Virus record (IMG/VR): IMGVR_UViG_3300048556_000258 | Coordinates: 1-59,971 of that record | Origin: a virus | Taxonomy: Duplodnaviria > Caudoviricetes | Length of the DNA: 59,971 nt | Reading direction: 5' to 3' (one strand) | In this document: positions 6,327 through 15,209 of the stretch, one piece after another | Layout of the letters: the number at the start of each line of letters is the position of its first letter | Position numbering within the stretch: the first letter of the stretch is position 1 | Position numbers and translations under genes: made by a program | The notes under the pieces: model-generated | Database searches by the model: none | What the model was told of the DNA's origin: nothing | What the model saw: only the letters and a program-made list of their open reading frames with translations

Positions 6327-8219
6327 TTATTTTGATTCGCCCCAAGATGGTCCTATTTCTACATCAACTTTGCTGGGGACACCTAGTTTGACAGCATTTT
6401 CCATGGCATAAACGATCGAATCAATTTGATCATCATTAGAAACGGAGACAGCAACCTCATCATGAATCTGAATGAGCGGAGTTATTCCCAGCTTGTGAAT
6501 ATCTACCATTGCTTTTTTTGTCATATCTGCAGCTGAAGCCTGAATTAAGCGGTTTAAAGCTTTGTATGTGTAGGCTCTCTTTAATCTGGTCGTTGGGCCG
6601 TGTTCATTGAGTGCTTCTTTATAAGGCAAGGCTTTATTCATAGCGAACGTGTCTGGTTCCCAAAGCTCAAATCGGCACTTTCTACCTAGAATGGAACGGA
6701 TAGAACCGGAGCTTTGCCTTGCATTAAGTTTATTCATTACACCATGCATGAGCATTTTAACGAAAGGCACTCGTTCATGGTACTGACTAACGAGTTTTTT
6801 AGCCTCATCTACGGGGATATCAAGCTGGTCAGAGAGTTTATTGACACCCATGCCGTACATCATACCTAGATTTATAGTTTTAGCTTGCTTACGAGGTATT
6901 TTAGCCATGTCAGCGACCATGGTATGGAAGTCCATATCCGGATCATTTTGGTATCCATCTACAAATTCTTGTACACCTTTCATGTCATGTCCTTGAGATT
7001 TACCATAAGCGTGAGCATAATGGACCAAGATCCGTGGTTCTTGTTGCGAGAAGTCTATACTAGCCCACTGTTGATTCTCTTCCGGTAGAAACAGTGATCG
7101 AATCATGGGTCCCAACTCAGGATCTCTAGCTGGAATTTGTTGTAAATTTGGGTTATTCATACTGATTCGCCCTGAAACAGTACCTCCATCGTCTGATCGG
7201 ATCTGATTTATATGGGAATGTATACGTCCGTCATGGGCTGTATGCTTCATAATTGTGTTAATAAACGTACCATGGGTCTTGTTAAGATCACGAGTTCTTA
7301 GTATCATCTTAGGTAATTCGTGTGGATGCTCAGATAGAAAGGATTTTGTAAAAGATGGAGCACCTTTTTCAGTTTTCGGGTAATTTATACCGACCGTGTC
7401 AAAAGCTTTGGCTAGGGATTGTGCAGCCCATACTTCTACATTCATCCCGGTTATATGCTTGATTTTAGCGAGCATAGCTTTTTCTTCCTTCAAGAGAAAG
7501 TCTCTAGTGCGCTCGACTCTGTTCTGATCGATACGAACACCTTTCCAAGTCATATCTATGAGTACTGGGAGAACATCAAGTTCGAGATCAACCACACTCC
7601 AAAGGTCCTCTTTAGTGATAAGAGGTTTGAAGAAGTTCCAGAGCTCCAATGTGAGTTCGGCATCTACTTCAGCGTATGGCCCGACATGCATACTTGGGAG
7701 CTTCCAGAGTTCGGCTTTAGGATCAACCCCGAAATCTCTAGCGGCTTCAGTCAAGTTCTTTTCACTTTTTGTTTTTGAAAGATAGTCAAAAGATAAAGCA
7801 TTCAAGCTATAACTGAAACGATTCTCATCTAACAAGGATGCGATAACCATTGTATCAACAATACGTCCATTGACTTTGAAACCCATACGTCTTAGCCAAC
7901 CGGCATCATATTGAGCGTTGTGCATAATTTTTTCTGCTGGAGATTCGCAAACTTTTTTCATCCAGTTATTGACTATACGTTCATCAATATTACCGCCTCC
8001 TCCGTGACGAATAGGTATATAGCCTTTCCAACCGTCCACAGCTACAGCATATCCGACGACTTCGCCGTCTCCAGTAGGCCATCCGGGACCTTTTGTCTTT
8101 AGATTTGGATCTTTTGTCTCTACATCTATAGCTATTGTCTTGGCATCGAAAATATCCGGGAGTTCGTGTGGTGGAACCCATTCTGATTTAGGAGTGAACA
8201 TCGCCATTTGAAGTGTCAT
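6327..8219 (-). CDS. polA: DNA polymerase family A with 3'-5' exonuclease (Leu762 type)
   Basis: Exo I DVET, HNAQYD; motif A DFSQQEPR; motif B RKQAKTINLGMMYG; motif C QIHDE. Confidence 0.96.
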   Translation of the reverse strand: MTLQMAMFTPKSEWVPPHELPDIFDAKTIAIDVETKDPNLKTKGPGWPTGDGEVVGYAVAVDGWKGYIPIRHGGGGNIDERIVNNWMKKVCESPAEKIMHNAQYDAGWLRRMGFKVNGRIVDTMVIASLLDENRFSYSLNALSFDYLSKTKSEKNLTEAARDFGVDPKAELWKLPSMHVGPYAEVDAELTLELWNFFKPLITKEDLWSVVDLELDVLPVLIDMTWKGVRIDQNRVERTRDFLLKEEKAMLAKIKHITGMNVEVWAAQSLAKAFDTVGINYPKTEKGAPSFTKSFLSEHPHELPKMILRTRDLNKTHGTFINTIMKHTAHDGRIHSHINQIRSDDGGTVSGRISMNNPNLQQIPARDPELGPMIRSLFLPEENQQWASIDFSQQEPRILVHYAHAYGKSQGHDMKGVQEFVDGYQNDPDMDFHTMVADMAKIPRKQAKTINLGMMYGMGVNKLSDQLDIPVDEAKKLVSQYHERVPFVKMLMHGVMNKLNARQSSGSIRSILGRKCRFELWEPDTFAMNKALPYKEALNEHGPTTRLKRAYTYKALNRLIQASAADMTKKAMVDIHKLGITPLIQIHDEVAVSVSNDDQIDSIVYAMENAVKLGVPSKVDVEIGPSWGESK

Positions 8220-8499
8220 TTTGTACCTCTATTAGTTTGTTAAGGTACCACTGTGCCTTTTTAAGGTCTTGGATACCGTTTTTGTGTCTGTAGCGTGTTA
8301 GATATTTCATTATGTTTCCTTCTAGATAGTAATGAAAACCTTCAGCTGTGACGGATTCTATCATGTCTATGGTTTCAATAGAGCTGTTTGTATAATGTTC
8401 AGGATGGTTAACCATATCTTTTTTCATCTCGTCTTCCTCTAATAATTTCTTTTGGCTTTTTGTGAGCATCCATTTCATATATTCCATATGTCTCATCAT
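8188..8499 (-). CDS. DUF3310 (T7 gp1.7-like) protein
   Basis: DMVNHPEHY...IETID...GNIMKYLTRYRHKNGIQDLKKAQWYL. Confidence 0.85.
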   Translation of the reverse strand: MMRHMEYMKWMLTKSQKKLLEEDEMKKDMVNHPEHYTNSSIETIDMIESVTAEGFHYYLEGNIMKYLTRYRHKNGIQDLKKAQWYLNKLIEVQNDTSNGDVHS

Positions 8500-10007
8500 A
8501 TCGCGTAGCTCCTGTTACTATCTTCTGGTTCTACAATAAATAAACTGTCTTTAGCCCGTGTGACGGCAACATAGAACACTCTGTGTAAATCATCATTGCC
8601 TCCGCTCATAGCATTGTCAGCTGAGGTAGACAAATCTGTAAACACAACTACGTTTTCTGATTCTCCCCCTTTAGAACCGTGGATCGTGGACAATGTAATA
8701 CGAGGCTCTGCATTAAATTTTTCTCCCCTTCTAAGCATAGCTGTAATATATGCCCTTGATTCTTCAGGTAGTCTATCAAGAGCGTCTCTCCAAATCAACT
8801 CTTCCCCTACCATAAGTCCCCATTCTTTTTGCAACTCAGCCATGTCAAAGAGATTGTTGTCATCTGCTCCACTCATTGTCTTGAAGCCTCGCTTGATACG
8901 CTTACCTGTTGACATAAAACTGTAAATATCTTTGACGGTTTCTAAAGTGATGCTTTTACCTTTGCGCATCTGCTCCCAACCGTTCACAGCTGAGGATATC
9001 TTTGCGGAGATAGATCGATGGCCTTTATAATTGAACAGGTATCCAGAAGACCTGAGCATCGTAACAACGGGAATTAGTATGTAACCCGCCTGAGCTAGTA
9101 TAAGCCACTGTCCTTCTGAAACATCTAGATCTTCTACCCGGCTTATGTATTGTACACTACCTTCTTCTTTTTTAGGGTTGTATTTTTTTGGATAACGATC
9201 GCTTATTCTGGATACGATTGTCTCAGCGATACGATGTATACGCCGTGGGACACGGTATGATTGCGATAATGTCTCACTAGATCCATCAAGAGTAATGAAT
9301 TGTTCTACATCAGCACCGGCCCATCTATAAATAGCTTGGTCATCGTCGCCAGCTGCATACATTTTTTTAGCATTCCTATCAAGTATGTGAGCTATATCCC
9401 ATTGTAAGGGACTTAGGTCTTGAGCTTCATCAAGAAACACCAGATCAAACTTGGGGCAAGCCATATCAGCTTCGTCAATAAAACATTGTAACATGTCTGT
9501 AAAATCGTAGAGCTCGTAATGTTTTTTATATTGTTTGTAACACTTGTCTACATAATTAACAGTGTTCCACTCAAACTCTATTGAAGATTGGTTGTATTGT
9601 TTTCTCAAAGATGTTTTACATAGTCGAGCTAAATTTATTAGACTAAGGATAGGGTGATCGGTTGCTTGTTTGTCTACGATATCATCATTAAGAGATGTTT
9701 TTGAGACTAAAGGTATAGAGATAATATCACTCAACTCCTTGTAATGTTCTTTACTCATAACTTGTTCGGACCTTATACCACTAGCATTCAAGGCCAAGCT
9801 GTGTAGGGTACGGAAATAAAACAAATCTTTTTCTGGATCTAAATGGAAACGAGCTGAAGCACGTTCTTTTGCTTCGTTAGCTGCTTTACGCGTAAAAGCA
9901 AGAAAAGCAATGCTATTAGGCGTGACGCCACTCTCAAGAGCCTTATCTAACATGTTAAGCAATGTGGTGGTTTTACCCGTCCCAGGTGGTCCAAAAATCC
10001 TAAACAT
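8496..10007 (-). CDS. Superfamily 1 (UvrD/Rep-like) DNA helicase
   Basis: GPPGTGKT, DEAQD, GDDDQAIY, STIHGSKGGE, YVAVTRAK. Confidence 0.93.
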   Translation of the reverse strand: MFRIFGPPGTGKTTTLLNMLDKALESGVTPNSIAFLAFTRKAANEAKERASARFHLDPEKDLFYFRTLHSLALNASGIRSEQVMSKEHYKELSDIISIPLVSKTSLNDDIVDKQATDHPILSLINLARLCKTSLRKQYNQSSIEFEWNTVNYVDKCYKQYKKHYELYDFTDMLQCFIDEADMACPKFDLVFLDEAQDLSPLQWDIAHILDRNAKKMYAAGDDDQAIYRWAGADVEQFITLDGSSETLSQSYRVPRRIHRIAETIVSRISDRYPKKYNPKKEEGSVQYISRVEDLDVSEGQWLILAQAGYILIPVVTMLRSSGYLFNYKGHRSISAKISSAVNGWEQMRKGKSITLETVKDIYSFMSTGKRIKRGFKTMSGADDNNLFDMAELQKEWGLMVGEELIWRDALDRLPEESRAYITAMLRRGEKFNAEPRITLSTIHGSKGGESENVVVFTDLSTSADNAMSGGNDDLHRVFYVAVTRAKDSLFIVEPEDSNRSYAI

Positions 10008-10291
10008 CAGTGAGCCGTATCTGTTCCTATGGTCTCATGCCAATCGACTATTGGATATACAAAAATAGGTGTTCCATCCCCCAGCCATGCTCCAACTACA
10101 TTGAAGTCCATCCATTCGACAGCTTCATCGTAAGTCCAGCCCTCTCTTTCCATAAATATCGCACAACATTTCTCATAGTCGTAAACAAGAATGTCGTTTT
10201 GACCACAACGTGATCCAACCCCTATAATAGCCTCATCTAAACCATCGGCTTTTAACATAGGCACGTCTTCCATTATGGGTTTATCTGTCAT
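10007..10291 (-). CDS. Conserved hypothetical phage protein
   Basis: KADGLDEAIIG...VYDY...EAVEWMDFNVVGAWLGDGTP. Confidence 0.75.
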   Translation of the reverse strand: MTDKPIMEDVPMLKADGLDEAIIGVGSRCGQNDILVYDYEKCCAIFMEREGWTYDEAVEWMDFNVVGAWLGDGTPIFVYPIVDWHETIGTDTAH

Positions 10292-11826
10292 TAGAAAGGT
10301 GTCTCCTCTTTCTTGCCCATAGAGGGCGGGTTAAGTTCCATGTCTGCATTTTCAAAAGCGGGTATTGCCCAACATCTTACGGACCTGTTTTGTATTTTTA
10401 AAACAGTACTGGACCCGTTAATATCTCGCAAGCGTTGGGCAATTTTGTGAGACTTATATTCAAAGAATTTATTCTTTTTAAGAAAATTTTCAAAGTCTCG
10501 TAATCTAAAGTATGTTAATTGATCTTCCTCATTTGTCCAAGGACGTCGTAAAAGTATTTCTTCTTTATCCTGAGCTTGTTGTAAATGTCTACAGAACTCT
10601 TCTAAGTAATCATAGAACTGGCCAGAAGTACTAGCGTCTTCAGCTACCTCAATAATAGCAGCTTCATTCTCTTTCATCTCGTTTAAAAGTGAACTGATCC
10701 TAGACTCCCAAGCGGGTTTACCTAATGTGCGAGGCATGAAGTTAAGCTGTTCCATACAAGCCTTTTGAAACGTGGGCTGTGATAAAAGAGCTTCTGTATC
10801 TAATTCAAGAGGCTCAGAGTTAACATCCATAAACCATACAGGCGGTGTTGAGTTATACTTCCTAAGATTAGCTATTGTAGCTCCTTGTACAGCAGACCCT
10901 ACACCGTGCTTTCTTGTTCTACACAAGTCTTTGTTACAGTGTGCATTGATAGGTGAATCATTACATTTGTAGGCATAATCCTTACGTTTAGCTTGTGAAG
11001 CCACGATGTTAACCTCTGATAAAGGTAGAGGTGGTTCAAAATACATCATATTGTAAGTAAGTATCTCTGTTTCCCAGCTGTCGGGATATGCCTTACGCAA
11101 ATAAACCGCAACATTAAATAAACCATTGTTCCGCCCACCTTCGGATATTTTGCTTGCGCAAAGAGTTTGGAGGCAAGGTGGGCCGTCTTTAATAGGTGTA
11201 TCTGTTTTGTCTTCTACTTGTAGAGCCATGACCTGTTCTAAAGTCTGCTTATGATCCTCGTACAGCGCTATAAACTCGTCTAAGGTCGCAGAGGTGCCAT
11301 CATCCTTAATACCATACCGTAGCCCTCCCTCAGCGTCGTAATAAGGTAGGTTTAGAAAGTTACCTACATCGCCACGCTCTAGCTGTAATTTAATTTGTTT
11401 TGGAAATATTTCGCTTTGTCCGTATCCAAGAGCAGCGGAGATATGTTGAAGCGTTTGTTGCATCTCCTTAGCTTCGATCCATTCACTAGTGAACAGAAAA
11501 CAATGAGCTCCACCACTCTTAGAACGACAAACCACAAGAGGCAGTTTCATCCGCCTTATCTTTTCAACTAAAGACTTGTGATCTAGCGGGTATTGGTCAA
11601 TGTCTATACACCCCCACTTGCAGTTATTTTCTGCGTTTATGGGTATGATACCTAGAGAATCACCTTTCCCGCTAAGATGACCCAGCCAATGGTCTTTGGT
11701 CCGTGGTTCGCGTATTAGTGCGGCTCTTCCAGACTTCTTACCATTCGCTTGAGTCTTGTCTATCTTATACGTTCCAAAGGCTTCTTCTAGGCCATCAAAG
11801 ATAGCACTAAAAGATTGCCACGCCAT
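10291..11826 (-). CDS. AEP-superfamily primase(-polymerase) with PriCT-like domain
   Basis: WGCIDID, RSKSGGAH, GNFLNLPY, PPC, EGGRNNGLF motifs. Confidence 0.85.
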   Translation of the reverse strand: MAWQSFSAIFDGLEEAFGTYKIDKTQANGKKSGRAALIREPRTKDHWLGHLSGKGDSLGIIPINAENNCKWGCIDIDQYPLDHKSLVEKIRRMKLPLVVCRSKSGGAHCFLFTSEWIEAKEMQQTLQHISAALGYGQSEIFPKQIKLQLERGDVGNFLNLPYYDAEGGLRYGIKDDGTSATLDEFIALYEDHKQTLEQVMALQVEDKTDTPIKDGPPCLQTLCASKISEGGRNNGLFNVAVYLRKAYPDSWETEILTYNMMYFEPPLPLSEVNIVASQAKRKDYAYKCNDSPINAHCNKDLCRTRKHGVGSAVQGATIANLRKYNSTPPVWFMDVNSEPLELDTEALLSQPTFQKACMEQLNFMPRTLGKPAWESRISSLLNEMKENEAAIIEVAEDASTSGQFYDYLEEFCRHLQQAQDKEEILLRRPWTNEEDQLTYFRLRDFENFLKKNKFFEYKSHKIAQRLRDINGSSTVLKIQNRSVRCWAIPAFENADMELNPPSMGKKEETPF

Positions 11827-12641
11827 TAGAACGGTATGTCCTTGTCAGAAACGTCAACATCAGCCGGAGCAGATGAAGTCCCACCTTCCTGTTCGTGCTT
11901 GACATTAACATCGCCTTTTTCGACAGATAAGGCAAACATCTTAGCTTCATCGTAATGAGCTCTTTCTGTTACCTGACCTTCCAACTTCATTTCCCAATTA
12001 TACCAAGAGTATCCGCTTTTCTCCTCTAAATAAGTCCAAAGATGATAGACGTGCGCAAATCTTGGTGGGCTGAAAACATGACCATCTGGACCCGTCATCT
12101 TTCTTCCCGAAATAATTGAGTTCCACTTCTTACTTTTCTTTAAAGAAGTAGATTTCATTGCAATCATGCCAACGTCAGTTGAACCATCCTTATTCAGTAC
12201 AAGAACAAAATGTTGATGTGTATCTTCTATATACTGACCAGAACCATCTGTAAGATATTCTTTATTATCTTCTTTAGATCTTTCTGTTTGAGGACAATCT
12301 TCTTTTTTGGTGTAGATTGCAATCGGAGCAGTATTATCGTCACCTTGTGGAGACCATTGGATAAATCGTCTCTGATATGCACAAGGTATAACTTTAATAC
12401 CTTCTTCCCCGTTGTAGATATTATTTGTTACTGTATTAATAATATCTCCTTCACTAGAGCCTTTGTGTAAAGCTCTAATCTGCTTGGTCAAGTTAGTTTT
12501 TAAAAACGGAATACTTAAACTTTCTTGATCAACTTCTTTGTTACCAATGCCTGCATCTACTGCAAACATTGACATATCTAAAATATTAGCGTCCTGAGCT
12601 ACAACCTCAGAAGCACCTTTTTTTGCTGGTGTATTAGCCAT
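11826..12641 (-). CDS. Putative single-stranded DNA-binding protein
   Basis: Lies in the replication operon; acidic C-terminal tail ending DVSDKDIPF. Confidence 0.6.
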   Translation of the reverse strand: MANTPAKKGASEVVAQDANILDMSMFAVDAGIGNKEVDQESLSIPFLKTNLTKQIRALHKGSSEGDIINTVTNNIYNGEEGIKVIPCAYQRRFIQWSPQGDDNTAPIAIYTKKEDCPQTERSKEDNKEYLTDGSGQYIEDTHQHFVLVLNKDGSTDVGMIAMKSTSLKKSKKWNSIISGRKMTGPDGHVFSPPRFAHVYHLWTYLEEKSGYSWYNWEMKLEGQVTERAHYDEAKMFALSVEKGDVNVKHEQEGGTSSAPADVDVSDKDIPF

Positions 12642-12642
12642 T

Positions 12643-13221
12643 CTATTTCCCCTTTACGATTTTAGCTTTTTTACCTATGAAGGCCCCAAATAGATCACTT
12701 GGAAACTCACAACCAAACTCCGTCATCTCTTTGACCCACGACTTTAAACTCATTGGATGAACCGCTTCCTTCTTATCAACCTGAAATCCTCTATCGACAG
12801 CTGATTGATAAAAATCTTTTGCTAAATTATCCTCGCCCATGCCAAAGTTAGCGGAGATAGTGTTTTTGACTAGGTCACCATAACCATTTTCCCTTAACCA
12901 TTGATGTGCTTGAGGTCGGTCCTCAGCTCGTATCGTACCACCATAAGTTGGTACAACCTTCACCTCTGAACCATCGCTTAAAGTAAAACTCTCCATGTTA
13001 ATCTCCTCCATCGCGGCAGGAAGATCTTGGTCAGTAAGTTCTAAAAGTTTCTTTTTTGATTCTTTTAGTTCTTCTTCAAGACTTTTAACTTTGTCTTCCA
13101 TTTGGATAATTTTACTAGCTAGACTAGATACATTCGATAATCGACCTGTATCTGTGCTTTCTACACCAGTACGCTGTTTTGCAGCGTCCAGTTGCATTTC
13201 TTTGAACAAACCGTCTTCCAT
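12643..13221 (-). CDS. Conserved replication-module protein (coiled coil + LxDGS domain)
   Basis: LPAAMEE...FTLSDGSEVKV...AHQWLRENGYGDLVKN...VHPMSLKSWVKE. Confidence 0.75.
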   Translation of the reverse strand: MEDGLFKEMQLDAAKQRTGVESTDTGRLSNVSSLASKIIQMEDKVKSLEEELKESKKKLLELTDQDLPAAMEEINMESFTLSDGSEVKVVPTYGGTIRAEDRPQAHQWLRENGYGDLVKNTISANFGMGEDNLAKDFYQSAVDRGFQVDKKEAVHPMSLKSWVKEMTEFGCEFPSDLFGAFIGKKAKIVKGK

Positions 13222-13271
13222 ATTTTTCCTTTCGTGTTTGTTGTTTCGTGTTTAAAGACTTTTTTATAGCC

Positions 13272-13314
13272 TTGCATTAATATAATAAATCGCATATTGT
13301 AATATAGATGTCAA
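13272..13314. promoter_or_regulatory. Divergent promoter region with TCGCATA operator
   Basis: Plus strand TTGCAT-17nt-TATTGT with TCGCATA 13290-13296; minus-strand TTGACA at 13309-13314. Confidence 0.55.
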
Positions 13315-14777
13315 GCACGGAGATAAAAAAAATGTATAAATTTAAAACAAAACCTTTTAAGCATCAAGAAGATGTCTTGAATGATAGTTGGGACAGGCCT
13401 TATTATGGTTTGTTTATGGAGATGGGCTTAGGTAAGTCTAAAGTAGCTATAGATACTGTAGGTAAATTAAAATCTAAAGGAGAAATTGATTCGGTAATGA
13501 TCGTAGCTCCAAAAGGTGTATATGACAACTGGGTCAAACAAGAGATACCGAATCACTTACCGGATGAGTTTGAAAGATTCGTGGTTCGTTGGCAACCTAG
13601 CAGTACCAAAGCTTTTCAAGACACGATGCAAAAGTTAGTATTTGAAACTATGCCGGGCATAAAGTTTTTTGTGGTTAATGTTGAGGCCTTCAGCTCAGAT
13701 CGAGGTAAGAAAGCAGCTTATTATTTTTTAAAGAAAAACCCTGACAATATGGTGATTGTAGATGAGAGCACCACAATAAAAAATCGTAAAGCATCTCGTA
13801 CTAAGAATATATTGCAGCTGTCAAAACATGCTAAGTACAAAAGAATATTGACAGGATCTCCGGTTACAAAAAGTCCAATGGATTTGTACTCTCAGTGTGC
13901 CTTCTTAGATACTATGGCACTAGATCAGGCTAGTTATTTTGCTTTCCAAAACAGATATGCAATCGTACAAAAAAGACATATGGGTCCACGAAGCTTCAAT
14001 GAAATTACTGGTTATAGACGTCTGGACGAGCTCAATGATAAGCTCAACAGGTTTAGTGTAAGAACTTTAAAAGAAGATTGCCTGGACTTACCTGAAAAGA
14101 TTTATGTCAAGCGTAATGTGCCGTTGACCGCGGAACAAAAGAAACTGTACGAGCAGATGAAAAAGTATGCTTTGGCTCAGTTAGACGAGGGCCAGCTTGC
14201 GACTACAGCTAGTGTGCTTACACAAATTATGAGACTGCAACAGATATGTTGTGGTTATTTGGTTAGTGATGAGGGTAAGATGCAAGTATTGGATAACAAT
14301 AGATTAACTGAGCTGTTGGCCGCGGTTGAAGAGTGTTCCGGTAAAATAATTATTTGGTGTAACTACACTCATGACATTCAGGAAATAGAAAAAACTCTGG
14401 CTTCTAAGTATGGCCGTGATTCGGTGGCAACGTACTATGGTGAAACTAAACAGGAAGACAGGCAAGAGACCGTAAACAAATTTCAAGATGTCAATAGTCC
14501 GTTGAGATTTTTTATAGGTCAGCCCAAGACAGGTGGGTATGGCATTACGCTTACAGCTGCTAACACCATGATCTATTATAGTAACAGTTATGATCTTGAA
14601 ATTAGATTACAGTCGGAAGATCGAGCTCACAGAATAGGTCAAAAGAATGCCGTAACATATATAGACTTGATTGTAGAAGACACTATAGATGAAAAAATTG
14701 TCAGGTCTTTACGAGAAAAGATTGATTTAGCTGGTCAGGTTTTAGGTGAAGATCAAAAAAGATGGTTACTTAATTAA
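13308..14777 (+). CDS. SNF2/DEAD-like superfamily 2 helicase (start may be 13332)
   Basis: MEMGLGKS, DES, LTGSP, GGYGITLT, QSEDRAHRIGQ. Confidence 0.92.
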   Translation: MSSTEIKKMYKFKTKPFKHQEDVLNDSWDRPYYGLFMEMGLGKSKVAIDTVGKLKSKGEIDSVMIVAPKGVYDNWVKQEIPNHLPDEFERFVVRWQPSSTKAFQDTMQKLVFETMPGIKFFVVNVEAFSSDRGKKAAYYFLKKNPDNMVIVDESTTIKNRKASRTKNILQLSKHAKYKRILTGSPVTKSPMDLYSQCAFLDTMALDQASYFAFQNRYAIVQKRHMGPRSFNEITGYRRLDELNDKLNRFSVRTLKEDCLDLPEKIYVKRNVPLTAEQKKLYEQMKKYALAQLDEGQLATTASVLTQIMRLQQICCGYLVSDEGKMQVLDNNRLTELLAAVEECSGKIIIWCNYTHDIQEIEKTLASKYGRDSVATYYGETKQEDRQETVNKFQDVNSPLRFFIGQPKTGGYGITLTAANTMIYYSNSYDLEIRLQSEDRAHRIGQKNAVTYIDLIVEDTIDEKIVRSLREKIDLAGQVLGEDQKRWLLN

Positions 14778-15209
14778 CCCTTCTCTGTATTTGTTTACTC
14801 TATCGTATGTTAGTAACTCTTTACGAGCTCTCTGTGCATAAGAACAGTGTATCCACCCTGTGTTACCGCCTGTGTAGCACTCGAGTATCAGCTGGTCGAA
14901 AACAAGGTTGTCTCGTATCCACTGAGCTAAAAGATAGTTATCTACATTAGCTACTTCAAAGTCGGCTGCTTGACCTTTGCAGTGTTGTGAGTTCTTGGAG
15001 CTACCAATCGCTATTGAGAGTTCTGGACAACGGTACCCACTTGATACAATAAAGCTACCAAACTCATTACGAATTGGTTGTAAAATGTTTTCTGCTAATA
15101 GCTTTAGATTTGTGATAGCTTCGGCGTCAGGTACATTTTTTATGCCCCTACGTTCGGCTGTCTGGCTTTTTGTTAACTCGGCCAGAGTAAAGTTTTGACT
15201 TAATTGCAT
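14766..15209 (-). CDS. Peptidase M15A (D-Ala-D-Ala carboxypeptidase-type) endolysin
   Basis: LSQNFTLAEL...SSGYRC...SQHCKGQAADF...WIHCS. Confidence 0.9.
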   Translation of the reverse strand: MQLSQNFTLAELTKSQTAERRGIKNVPDAEAITNLKLLAENILQPIRNEFGSFIVSSGYRCPELSIAIGSSKNSQHCKGQAADFEVANVDNYLLAQWIRDNLVFDQLILECYTGGNTGWIHCSYAQRARKELLTYDRVNKYREGLIK

